NCBI GenBank assembly: GCA_030824965.1
Contig: JAPJQV010000009.1
Coordinates: 7,164 to 71,163 of the forward strand
Reading direction: 5' to 3'
Origin: Micavibrio sp.
GTDB taxonomy: Bacteria; Pseudomonadota; Alphaproteobacteria; Micavibrionales; Micavibrionaceae
DNA length: 64,000 nt
Of this stretch, positions 1-9,800 are shown piece by piece (within the stretch, counting starts at the first letter, position 1; each line of letters opens with the position of its first letter). Position numbers and translations under genes: made by a program. The notes under the pieces were generated by a model. It was not told where the DNA came from and did not search any database. It worked only from the letters and a program-made list of their open reading frames with translations.

Positions 1-2745
1 GGCAGTTATATGACGCCCGAAGGCCAGCGCCTTCGTAAAGATTATGAACTGGCGGGATATTTACGCACGGTTCAGGACTGGATCATACGCCCGCAATTAA
101 AAGGCGTGACGGGGGTGGCAGGTGTAGATGCAATTGGCGGGTATGTGAAGCAATATCATGTAATGCCTGATCCGGAAAAACTGGTTTCTTTAGGAATAAG
201 CTTTAGTGACGTTATCGAGGTTGTCGAGAAAAACAATCACAGCATCGGCGCTGGTTATGTTGAGCGCAATGGTGAAGCCTATGTTGTCCGTTCCGATGGC
301 AGGATTGATACAGCCGAACAATTGGCCAATATAGTCGTAGCCAACAGGCGCGGTATACCAATTTATCTGAAAGATATTGCCGAAATAGGTATCGGTAAAG
401 AACTGCGCACAGGCTCTGCTAGTGAAAACGGGCAGGAAGTCGTGGTTGGCACAGCCCTTATGCTAATTGGTGCTAATAGTCGTATTGTGTCTGATGCCGT
501 CGACCAGAAATTGCAGGAAGTCAATAAAAGCCTGCCGGAAGGTATTGAGGCAAAGACTGTCCTCAATCGGACAAAACTCGTTAATGCTACTATCAATACG
601 GTTGAAAAGAACCTGACGGAAGGCGCACTACTGGTCATTGCGGTTTTATTCCTCCTGTTAGGTAACATCCGCGCAGCCCTCATCACAGCAGCAGTTATTC
701 CGGTTGCCATGCTGATGACTGCAATTGGTATGCAGCGGTTCAATATCAGCGGAAACCTGATGAGCCTTGGCGCTTTGGATTTCGGTTTAATTGTCGATGG
801 GGCCGTTATTATTACCGAGAATTGTCTGGCCCGTCTAGGACACAGGCAGCATCAAGAAGGGCGTCTTCTTACCCTTCAAGAACGTATGCATGAAGTCATG
901 CTTGCCAGTCGTGAAATGATCCAGCCATCCGTATTCGGCCAGGCGATTATCATCATGGTGTATATTCCGCTCCTGACGTTTACAGGCGTTGAAGGCAAGA
1001 TGTTCGAGCCGATGGCTGTAACTGTTATTCTCGCGCTGGTAACGGCCTTTATCCTTTCGCTTACCTTTATTCCGGCAATGCTGGCGATTTTCGTTACAGG
1101 CCGTGTTGAAGAAAAAGAAAGTAAAGTCATCCATAAGGCAAAAGACGCTTACACGCCCATGCTCAAAGCTTCGATGAAAGCGCCTATCGTCTTTATCGGT
1201 GCGTCCGTCTTGGCTTTTGTAGGAGCTGTATTGCTGTTCTTCTCTATGGGGCAGGAATTTATCCCGCAACTTGATGAGAAAGACGTCGCCATGCACGCCA
1301 TGCGCATCCCTAGCACATCGCTTTCCCAATCTCAGGCCATGCAATTTGAAGTAGAAAAGGCCGTCGCCAAATTACCGGAAGTGGCTTTTATCTATTCCAA
1401 GACAGGAACAGCAGAAATGGCAGCAGACCCGATGCCGCCAAACGTGTCGGACACGTTTATTATCTTCAAAGATCGTAAAGAATGGCCCGATCCGGACTTA
1501 GCTAAAAATGAATTGGTCGAAAAACTGCAAGACGCTGTCAGCAAAATTCCCGGCAATAATTATGAGTTTACCCAACCCATCCAGATGCGGTTCAACGAAC
1601 TAATCTCAGGTGTACGAAGCGATGTGGCAGTCAAAGTCTATGGCGATAATTTCGCAGCAATGGAAGCGACCGCTGCGCAAATAGCCAAAACTTTGCAGGG
1701 CGTTCAGGGGGCAGCTGATGTTAAAGTCGAGCAGACTTCGGGCCTTCCCATGTTGGAAATCAAACTCGATAAGCCAGCTATCGCGCGATATGGCCTAAAT
1801 GTCAGCGATGTTCTGGACGTTCTGGCGATTGCCGTAGGCGGCAAGGAAGCCGGATTGGTTTTTCAAGGTGACCAGCGCTTTGATATCATGGTGCGTTTGT
1901 CGGAGGGGCAGCGAAATGATTTCTCGGCGATAGAAAACTTGCCAATCCTGTTGCCCGATGAGCAGGATACAAGTGATGCTGGTTTAGCTCAGCATAAGCG
2001 TCCGCTCTATATCCCTTTAAATGAAGTGGCTATGCTGGAAGTAAAAGATGGTCCGAACCAGATAAGCCGTGAGAACGGAAAGCGGCGTATCGTGGTTCAA
2101 GCCAATGTCCGTGATCGCGACATAGCGTCTTTTGTCGAAGATGCCATGATGGCTCTAGACCAAAAGGTGAAGCTGCCAGCAGGCTATTGGCTCGAATGGG
2201 GCGGTCAGTTCAAAAACCTTGAAGAAGCAAAGGCGCGTCTGGGTATTGTCGTACCAGCTTGTTTCTTCGCCATTTTCCTTCTGTTGTTCACGGCGCTAGG
2301 TTCGGTAAGACAAGCCTTACTGGTTTTTAGCGGCGTCCCGCTGGCATTAACTGGAGGCATCGTGACTCTGTGGCTGCGGGATATGCCGTTTTCTATTTCG
2401 GCGGCTGTGGGTTTGATTGCTCTGTCCGGCGTTGCAGTTCTAAACGGTCTTGTTCTCGTGACCAGAATAAACCAGTTGGTCAGCGAAGGCGTCAATCCTG
2501 ATGAGGCTATTCTTAATGGCAGTCTATCACGTTTGCGACCTGTCTTGATGACCGCACTCGTGGCATCGCTTGGTTTTGTACCAATGGCAATCGCGAGTGG
2601 AGCAGGGGCTGAGGTGCAGAAGCCTTTGGCAACCGTTGTTATTGGCGGTCTTATAACGGCGACTATACTGACTCTGTTAGTCTTGCCTGCCATTTATAAA
2701 CGCTTTAATTTGGCTAATGAAATTATTGATAAAGCAGAATTATGA
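1..2745 (+). CDS. CusA/CzcA-family heavy-metal efflux RND transporter permease, 5'-truncated by window edge (C-terminal ~911 aa present)
   Basis: Long ORF in frame from base 1 (no stop before first Met at 10). Multiple TM-like hydrophobic blocks and large periplasmic loops. Motifs such as LGNIRAALI and overall similarity to HME-RND pumps (CzcA/CusA). Confidence 0.8.
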   Translation, partial: GSYMTPEGQRLRKDYELAGYLRTVQDWIIRPQLKGVTGVAGVDAIGGYVKQYHVMPDPEKLVSLGISFSDVIEVVEKNNHSIGAGYVERNGEAYVVRSDGRIDTAEQLANIVVANRRGIPIYLKDIAEIGIGKELRTGSASENGQEVVVGTALMLIGANSRIVSDAVDQKLQEVNKSLPEGIEAKTVLNRTKLVNATINTVEKNLTEGALLVIAVLFLLLGNIRAALITAAVIPVAMLMTAIGMQRFNISGNLMSLGALDFGLIVDGAVIITENCLARLGHRQHQEGRLLTLQERMHEVMLASREMIQPSVFGQAIIIMVYIPLLTFTGVEGKMFEPMAVTVILALVTAFILSLTFIPAMLAIFVTGRVEEKESKVIHKAKDAYTPMLKASMKAPIVFIGASVLAFVGAVLLFFSMGQEFIPQLDEKDVAMHAMRIPSTSLSQSQAMQFEVEKAVAKLPEVAFIYSKTGTAEMAADPMPPNVSDTFIIFKDRKEWPDPDLAKNELVEKLQDAVSKIPGNNYEFTQPIQMRFNELISGVRSDVAVKVYGDNFAAMEATAAQIAKTLQGVQGAADVKVEQTSGLPMLEIKLDKPAIARYGLNVSDVLDVLAIAVGGKEAGLVFQGDQRFDIMVRLSEGQRNDFSAIENLPILLPDEQDTSDAGLAQHKRPLYIPLNEVAMLEVKDGPNQISRENGKRRIVVQANVRDRDIASFVEDAMMALDQKVKLPAGYWLEWGGQFKNLEEAKARLGIVVPACFFAIFLLLFTALGSVRQALLVFSGVPLALTGGIVTLWLRDMPFSISAAVGLIALSGVAVLNGLVLVTRINQLVSEGVNPDEAILNGSLSRLRPVLMTALVASLGFVPMAIASGAGAEVQKPLATVVIGGLITATILTLLVLPAIYKRFNLANEIIDKAEL

Positions 2746-2817
2746 AGTAACAGCGGTTTAATTTTTAATACCAATGCTGCTGAAGTCATGTTGTGTGTCG
2801 ATAGCATTCGGCAGTAA

Positions 2818-3441
2818 TCATGGGTAAAGTTTTAGTTTACCAAAGTGATATTGCGACTCTGGTAGTATCACTTGCTGTGAAACAAGAAAGCGTAACCATG
2901 CGGCGGTACAGGTTGGTGCATCACCCATAAATTTGAATTTCTGCCCTGCGGTTTCATTTACCATGACTTCAATGCCGCCAAATTTCCCGACACCCCATCC
3001 GTCAATTCCCCATCCTGCTGCGGCGATTACAAAGTCTTGATCGGATGCGATAGGGAGGGATGTATCGCTTAATAATCCATGTTTGTATGCGTTTGCAACT
3101 CCGCGTACTCTGGCATAGCAGCCTTTCCTTTCAAAAGTTCCGCCAGGAAAGATGCACAGGTTTTGAATTGCCGCTCGAATATCAGATTTGTTTTGTCCCA
3201 ATTCAGTAGCAGCACGATCAGCAAGGCTATCTAATGCAACTGCAACTTCCCCTGCTTTTCGTTTTGCTGTTCTAGCTTGTGGTTGCCATACGGATTGTTC
3301 GGCACCATTTTTTGACGCTAAAGATAGGTCATCCTCGGCATCGTAATACTCTGCCAATGCAGGAAGCGTGTTATGAAGAAGAAATTGAGTAGTAGCTTGT
3401 AGCATTATTACGCAGACCAATGGCCGAGAACCCATTCCCAT
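2818..3441 (-). CDS. hypothetical protein (207 aa; possible internal start at 3405)
   Basis: Intact ORF, no recognisable motif, no clear SD; lies in AT-rich accessory stretch downstream of the DUF2188 cassette. Confidence 0.45.
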   Translation of the reverse strand: MGMGSRPLVCVIMLQATTQFLLHNTLPALAEYYDAEDDLSLASKNGAEQSVWQPQARTAKRKAGEVAVALDSLADRAATELGQNKSDIRAAIQNLCIFPGGTFERKGCYARVRGVANAYKHGLLSDTSLPIASDQDFVIAAAGWGIDGWGVGKFGGIEVMVNETAGQKFKFMGDAPTCTAAWLRFLVSQQVILPESQYHFGKLKLYP

Positions 3442-3504
3442 TTTCTGTTTTTATAGTCGTATCTCCAGTGAGCTTTGATCCACTTGGTTTTACCGATAGG
3501 CCTA

Positions 3505-3529
3505 ATCGTCTTCATATTTTGAAGACGAT
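3505..3529. repeat. perfect 10-bp inverted repeat ATCGTCTTCA-n5-TGAAGACGAT (hairpin / operator candidate) between the 207-aa and 106-aa genes
   Basis: Read directly from sequence; no flanking T-run on either strand, so not a typical intrinsic terminator. Confidence 0.5.
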
Positions 3530-3572
3530 CTATAGGCTTAGGTGGCCTCGGTGGCTTAAATGAACCCGGCAT

Positions 3573-3893
3573 TTAAAAACCTAGCTTATTTTTAGCCCAA
3601 ATCTCAGCCGCTCTGGCGAGCATATTTTTCCAACCAGAGAAATTAGATATTGAGCGTATATAAGTATCAAGGTCACTTTCAGATATTGCTTCTAAATCAT
3701 CCTGATTATCAATTGAGAAGCCGCTGTCTTCAAACAGTTGCTGCGCAGACGATTTAGTTGTATGTGCCATTAAAAAAGAGGGCGTTAAAAGATCGTTGAC
3801 AGGTATCTTGTGTTCCCCGTTAAACGCGGCAAGGTTCCTGGAAAGCTTGTCGATTTCTTTTTGCAGTTTATCAAAACCGGTTATTTTTAACAT
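3573..3893 (-). CDS. hypothetical small protein (106 aa)
   Basis: Start moved to the internal ATG at 3891-3893, preceded by an AAGGAG SD about 7 nt upstream. This removes the overlap with the DUF2188 gene (10-nt gap). The ORF-track start at 3989 would overlap the neighbour. Confidence 0.5.
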   Translation of the reverse strand: MLKITGFDKLQKEIDKLSRNLAAFNGEHKIPVNDLLTPSFLMAHTTKSSAQQLFEDSGFSIDNQDDLEAISESDLDTYIRSISNFSGWKNMLARAAEIWAKNKLGF

Positions 3894-3903
3894 GCGTGTC
3901 TCC

Positions 3904-4137
3904 TTAGCCCTTTGGTGGATATGGATCATTGCCGTACGTCCATTCAGTGCGGAATTGATTTTGTTCATTCTGGACAAACACCTGAGCATCTATGCCTTTT
4001 CTGCCAGATGAATGCGCTGCGTCAACTGCGGCGCGGATGGCTGCTTTTTGAGTTTCATATGGTCCGAAATGATTATCATTATGAGCAATTTGCCATTGCC
4101 CAGATTTTTTGACGACGAAGTACTGTGCTCTTGCCAT
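3904..4137 (-). CDS. DUF2188-family small protein (77 aa from ATG; ORF track used TTG at 4143)
   Basis: Sequence MARAQYFVVKKSGQWQIAHNDNHFGPYETQKAAIRAAV resembles DUF2188 proteins common on phage/plasmid islands. AAGGAGG SD 6 nt upstream of the ATG at 4135-4137. Confidence 0.6.
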   Translation of the reverse strand: MARAQYFVVKKSGQWQIAHNDNHFGPYETQKAAIRAAVDAAHSSGRKGIDAQVFVQNEQNQFRTEWTYGNDPYPPKG

Positions 4138-4205
4138 TTTCAACCTCCTTGTTGTGGCTTTGTGAACGAATATGTATGGTTTTATCTTACGACTTGAAGC
4201 GAGTC

Positions 4206-4217
4206 AACATAAATGTT
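4206..4217. promoter_or_regulatory. palindrome AACAT-aa-ATGTT in the divergent promoter region, candidate operator for the XRE repressor
   Basis: Inverted repeat read from sequence about 35 nt upstream of the xre ATG. Two direct copies of ATCTTACGA (4184-4192 and 4235-4243) flank it. Confidence 0.25.
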
Positions 4218-4250
4218 ACGTTTTCGTATGAATAATCTTACGAGCACATT

Positions 4251-4565
4251 ATGTCATTAGCATTGAAACTGAAAAATCTTAGAGAAGCTTCTAAAAAGTC
4301 GCTTCAGGATGTCGCAACTGAAGTCGGAGCTTCGAAAGCCCATATTTGGGAACTTGAAACAGGGAAAAGTCGTAATCCCTCAGTTGATTTACTTCAAAAA
4401 CTCGCTGGTTGCTTTAAAGTCAGTATTTCCGAATTATTAGGTGAAAATCCGGCTGAAGCTGATGCTAAGCCGGAGATCGTCGCAATGTATCGGGAATTGA
4501 AAAGCTTGGATGACGCGGATTTGGAAACAATTCGGGTTCTTATGGAGCGATTGAAAAAGCGGTAA
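4251..4565 (+). CDS. XRE-family helix-turn-helix transcriptional regulator (104 aa)
   Basis: HTH_XRE signature SLQDVATEVGASKAHIWELETGKSRNPSVDLLQKLAGCFKVSISELLG; 7-nt gap to the downstream peptidase gene. Confidence 0.8.
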   Translation: MSLALKLKNLREASKKSLQDVATEVGASKAHIWELETGKSRNPSVDLLQKLAGCFKVSISELLGENPAEADAKPEIVAMYRELKSLDDADLETIRVLMERLKKR

Positions 4566-4572
4566 ACGTCGA

Positions 4573-5460
4573 ATGCAAATACACCGTATGGATTTGGACA
4601 TGGCGCGGACACCCCTCGCGTTGGTCTCGAAGATCATCGCGACGCTTCCGAACATCCCAATTCCAGTTCCGCTTCATGAGTTAGCGACGGCATTAGATAT
4701 TATTGATTTTGCTGAACTTGGAACTCAAGGTTTCGAAGGCGGATTACTAACAAATATCGAACGAACTGATGGCATTATTCTCGTTAATAAAAATGCCAAT
4801 CGCCGCCGGAAACGATTTACGATTGGGCATGAATTAGGCCATTTCCTTATCCAGTCTCATCGGCCCGTTATTCCTGGACAATTCTTGTGTCGTCGCGAGG
4901 ATATGCAAGCTTGGAATACAAAACATCAGGACCAGTATAGAAGAATGGAGGCAGAGGCTAATGAGTTTTCCTCACTGCTGCTAATGCCTCCGCCATTTCT
5001 GCGTACTACGATACAAGCTTTTAAAAGCCCATCGGTCAAAGTCATTTCAAAAATTGCGGATCAGTTTGATGTCAGTAAGCAGGCCGCCGCTAGAGCTTAT
5101 GTACGATATGCCGATGACCCATTGGCGGTATTATTTATAAAAGATGGGATTATTAAGGATAGCATAGTCGGTAAAGAATTTCCGTATCTTTCTACTAAGC
5201 GCGGTAAGCTTGTATCATCATCGTCATCTTACATTCGAGATCAGAAATCAACTGCGCAAATGAGAGAGTGCCGGCTTCCTATATGGACGGATGATGAGCG
5301 TTGCCGGATATTTGAGGAGTCCCTTTATCAACGAGACGGGTACGGTATCCTTTTATTATGGGCGCAAATTTCTGAAGCCGATGAATTCGATCCTGAAGAA
5401 AACATGACATCAACACAGAGGTGGAAGTCACGTATCGAAAACCGTGGCGGCATTAGATAA
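4573..5460 (+). CDS. ImmA/IrrE-family (COG2856) zinc metallopeptidase with an uncharacterised ~170-aa C-terminal domain
   Basis: HExxH motif (FTIGHELGHFLIQSH) in the N-terminal half; gene immediately follows the XRE gene, the classical ImmR/ImmA or DdrO/IrrE arrangement. Confidence 0.75.
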   Translation: MQIHRMDLDMARTPLALVSKIIATLPNIPIPVPLHELATALDIIDFAELGTQGFEGGLLTNIERTDGIILVNKNANRRRKRFTIGHELGHFLIQSHRPVIPGQFLCRREDMQAWNTKHQDQYRRMEAEANEFSSLLLMPPPFLRTTIQAFKSPSVKVISKIADQFDVSKQAAARAYVRYADDPLAVLFIKDGIIKDSIVGKEFPYLSTKRGKLVSSSSSYIRDQKSTAQMRECRLPIWTDDERCRIFEESLYQRDGYGILLLWAQISEADEFDPEENMTSTQRWKSRIENRGGIR

Positions 5461-5827
5461 TTACTATTGACATCAATCACTGCCTGCCAGCCGCTTGCTA
5501 AGTATAATTTGACTTCAGAACCAATTATCCACGACCTAAAAAATACAAGACCGCACAAGTTGGCAAACGTCGGGAACGTACTTTCGAGCGGATTTTTTCG
5601 ATTGCCTCTCGCCTTATATCTCGTGGTCGGCTAAGGTTTGCATCAACAGCCAAATATTGCTACACAAACGTGCTACACAAAAGGTGAGGGCATTGACTGC
5701 GGGTCGAAAAATCCGTTGATCTAAACCCTTTCAAATCAAGAGTTTAGTCTGATCGTTTTTTAGAAAAAATCAGGCATCGCGGTGTCCCTCCGGGCGCACC
5801 ATCCATATTTGACAAACCTATAAAAGC

Positions 5828-6574
5828 TTATCTTGTAACAATAATTGCACCGACATCGCATCCGGTCCCGGTCGCGAGTGAATTGAAGTTTGCAAAGAAA
5901 TCGCCTCTCAGATTTTCCGGTTCGTCGATAACATCATAGTTTCCAGTCCAGGGTGTAAGATCTGCGATATTCGGATCTGACTGGTATTGATAAGATTCAA
6001 TGACGTTTGGTGGTTTCGTCGTTGGATCCAAAAGATAACTGCATACGGCATGATCGAGCCCGCGGACGATTATGGCGATATCGTTTGCGGCACTTCCTTC
6101 ATTTTGACGGTTAACCCAATCGGTGGTTGAATGGCCGCCTTTTACCCGCCAGTCAGGGCTGGTTGCATTATAATTTTTGTCAGCATAGGCGGAAAAATCT
6201 GCTGAAGGGCTTATCGGACCGCCATAATCGGAAAATACAGCGCAACCAGCTTTGGGTGTTACCGGATTATGCAAGATCCCAACGGAGGGGTTCCCGTCAA
6301 GTCGTTTCCAGAAGTTATTTCGCCAATCAAGATTTTCTACGGCGCAGCCATTGGTTATCATCAAACGTTGCACTTCTTCGCGCAGAAGAGAAACATATTG
6401 GCTAATAGCAGCTGCTCCTAATCTTGCTCTTTCGTCATTTGTATTTTTGCCTGATCCGCGAGTTGATTGAGTTATGGCGAAGGAAAGGGCGGCAAACAAA
6501 ACGACGGCTATAAGGATAAGGAAAAGTATGTTGCCATTTTCGGATATGGATTTTTTAGGAGTTGTCGAATACAA
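5828..6574 (-). CDS. hypothetical membrane-anchored/exported protein (248 aa, TTG start in ORF track)
   Basis: N-terminal hydrophobic segment ILFLILIAVVLFAALSFAI followed by a soluble domain; no in-frame ATG near the 5' end; flanked by long AT-rich non-coding DNA. Confidence 0.45.
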   Translation of the reverse strand: MYSTTPKKSISENGNILFLILIAVVLFAALSFAITQSTRGSGKNTNDERARLGAAAISQYVSLLREEVQRLMITNGCAVENLDWRNNFWKRLDGNPSVGILHNPVTPKAGCAVFSDYGGPISPSADFSAYADKNYNATSPDWRVKGGHSTTDWVNRQNEGSAANDIAIIVRGLDHAVCSYLLDPTTKPPNVIESYQYQSDPNIADLTPWTGNYDVIDEPENLRGDFFANFNSLATGTGCDVGAIIVTR

Positions 6575-6829
6575 GCTTCATTCTTTCTAAAGATATATCA
6601 CTATTATATAAGCAACTTCTTAAATTGAATTTAATTGTTTGGAAAAGATATACCGTTAAAACACTTGCTGTGAAGACGGGGTTACATTCGTATTGTGTAG
6701 CCACTTATAAGAAAATGCTTATAAATATGAAAATCAATTTTCTTGACTGTTATGTCAAGAATCCGTTACAGCATAATCCTTAAAATGATTAATAATTTAT
6801 TACTATGGGGATAGTTTAGTGCTATACCC

Positions 6830-9800
6830 ATGAAATTGAGAACAGGTGGGAAACTTTATTCCGGTTTTACTGTTCGCTCTGGGTCAAATTTTATTCATTT
6901 TTTAAGTCGGTTTAACGCTCTAAGCAAAGGTTTCAAAACGATGTCGCTGCGCTCCACTCAAACAATTAAATCTCTGGGCAGAAAAGTTTCCTTGATGGCT
7001 ATGCTGACGGCAGGTGCCCTGATGACCCCGGGACAGGCTTTTGCGATTGATGCGGGCGAGCTGCCTTCGGGAGGCACCGTAGTAGGTGGCGATGCAAGTT
7101 TCGACTATTCACAACCAAACAAACTCGACGTTCATCAAAATACGGATCGTACAGTCATTAATTGGGACAGCTTTAATATCGGCAAAGATGCAACGACACA
7201 ATTTTATCAGCCAAATTCAAACTCTTTGGCGGTTAATAGAGTTTATTCCAAAGGCGTAGATCCGACACAAATCCTTGGAAAGTTGATCGCCAATGGTAAG
7301 GTCATGGTTCTTGACCGTAACGGAGTAATCTTCGGTAAAGACGCAGTTATCGATGTTGGTGGCATTATCGCATCCACCGGCGATATCAATGTAAATCAGG
7401 TTATGTCTGGCGCGAATAAGATAGACATTACGAATATCTCGGAAGCTGCCGTTATTAATGATGGTAAGATTACCGTCGCTGATCAGGGTCTTGCTGCACT
7501 TGTCGCCAAAACTGCCGTTAACAACGGCGTTATTAAAGCGAAAGTGGGGCGTGTAGCTTTGTCGTCCGGTACAAAAGCAACGGTCGATCTCTATGGTGAC
7601 AACCTGATCGAAATCGCGGCTGACTCCAATCTTGAAGCTGCGCTGGTGTCAAATTCCGGCAAAATCGAAGCTGAAGGCGGGACCGTTCAATTAACAGCAT
7701 CCGCAGCGAAAAACGCGGTGGATAGCGTGGTGAACATGGATGGTGTCGTCGATGTTTCATCCGTGGAAGTAAAAGGAGGAAAAATTATCCTCGGTGGCGG
7801 CAACGTAAATGTTTCTGGTAAGTTAAATGCTAACGGTAAAACCGGCGGCGGCAAAGTCGATATCAAGGGCAAGAATGTCAAAGTAACGGAATCTGCCGAA
7901 ATTGCGGCAAACGCCGTTGAAACAGGGAAGGGCGGTACGGTCGATCTTATCGCCGAAGACGCTATGTCTTTCAAAGGACTGATCACGGCCCGTGGCGGTT
8001 CTATATCCGGCAATGGTGGTGACGTTGAAGTATCAGGTTATGAATCTCTTTTCTATGACGGTCATGCCGATTTGACAGCTGCCAGTGGTCAATTAGGCAA
8101 TCTGCTGCTAGATCCGCGCTTTATGGTCATCTATGGAGGGAATGTTCCGCTTAGTACGACTTACACCATTTCATCTGCCCGCCTGGCAAATCAATTACGT
8201 TCCGCCAATGTTACGGTCCAGGCCGATGAATTTATCGATGTCGGTACGAAAGACGGCGTATATCTTGAGAATGTTGGCAGCCTGCTGGAAAATATTGCGA
8301 CTAATATTGCATTAAATGCTTTGCCTGATGGCGATGTCGACGTCAGCACATGGTCGCAGACGACTTTCAGTTTCCCAAGCTGTATTCTCGGCTGTACGAC
8401 GACAGGCACCACGGCAGGAAACTTAACCCTGACGAGCGATACCGTTAATTTCAATCGTAACCTGACAATGGGTAGCGGTTCTCTGACCGTAAACGCAGGA
8501 ACGATCAATCTAAACTCTCGAATCCAGAACAAAAATGCTTCCTTGCTCGGTGATTCCCATTTAATCGGCACATCTTCTGTAGGCACGATCAATATCGGCG
8601 CAAACGGTAAGATCAACCAGGGCATTTCTTTTGCAGACGATGCGACAGCATTGACTACGATAAACGTCGCGGCAGGTACCTATGCAGAATCCGTTAATGT
8701 CAATAAGGCCAATGTTCTGCTCAAAGGCAACGGGGTACTGAACGGGACGAAACTTGCTCCAAATTCTCCGGGCGTTCAGATTAATGCCGATAACGTTACA
8801 GTCGACGGTTTCACTATTCTAAATGCCAGCGGCGCCAGTGATGGTTACGGTATAATCGTAGACGGCTACGACAACGCGACGATCAGCAATAACTTTGTCA
8901 TCGGAAGCCAGCTTAACGGCATCAAGGTGAAAAACAGCAATTCATCTTCTGTCTCTAACAATACAGTTAACGGCGCAGGTCACGACGGCATACTTGTTGA
9001 GAACTCCGCCAATGCGACGATTAACGGCAACACAGTTACAAACGTGGCGAGCCTTGCTTCTAATATCGGCAGCGGTATCTCTATCTTGAACAGCAACGGC
9101 GCATCTGTAACGGATAACACAATCAGCAATACCGGCTGGCAGGGCATTCGTTTGTCTTCGGCTAACAACGTGCTTGTTCAAGGTAACAACGTCTCTACAT
9201 CTGGCGCGGACGGTATTTACTCCCAGTGGGGCGGTAACGTAACTATTGATGACAACACCGTTTCAGGTACAGGCCGCAGCGGCGTTATGATCCTCAATAC
9301 TGGGGTTAATAATCTTATTACCAACAATATTATCAACGGTACATCCGAGGATGCGATTCGGGTTCAGGTATCGAACGGTGCGATTGTCACAGGCAATATT
9401 ATCGGTACTGGCGCAGGTTCGATTGGTCGCGACGGTATTCGGTTGGCCGGAACCAGTAACGCTCTGGTTGATAACAATACGGTAGCCAAAGCCAATCGTT
9501 ACGGCATTTACGCATCTCAGGGCGGATCTTTGGTAACGAACAACACAATCAGCAATAACCGTGTCAATAACACAGGCGGAAATGGTCTTTACCTGAACGG
9601 CAGCAATGCCAGCTTCTTGGCAGATAACTTTGTCGGAATTTCAGGTCTTGCCGGGAATATTAAAGGGGATGGTGTACTGGTCGAGAATTCCGCCAACGCG
9701 ACGGTAGACGGTAATGCAATAGCAAACGTGGCGAGCCTTATTCCGAATATCGGAAGCGGTATTTCTATCTTAAACAGCAACGGCGCATTTGTAACGGATA

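Noticed and set aside
363-2693. Antisense ORFs inside the RND pump gene (363-743, 835-1344, 876-1130, 2205-2693)
   Set aside because: Fully embedded opposite a long, well-supported CDS; low-complexity translations typical of antisense frames.
5781-5802. GC-rich stub ...GGTGTCCCTCCGGGCGCACCA resembling a tRNA 3' end (possible att remnant)
   Set aside because: Cannot be folded into a T-arm/acceptor stem and does not match the 3' ends of the two tRNA-Arg genes in the window; too weak to call an attachment site.
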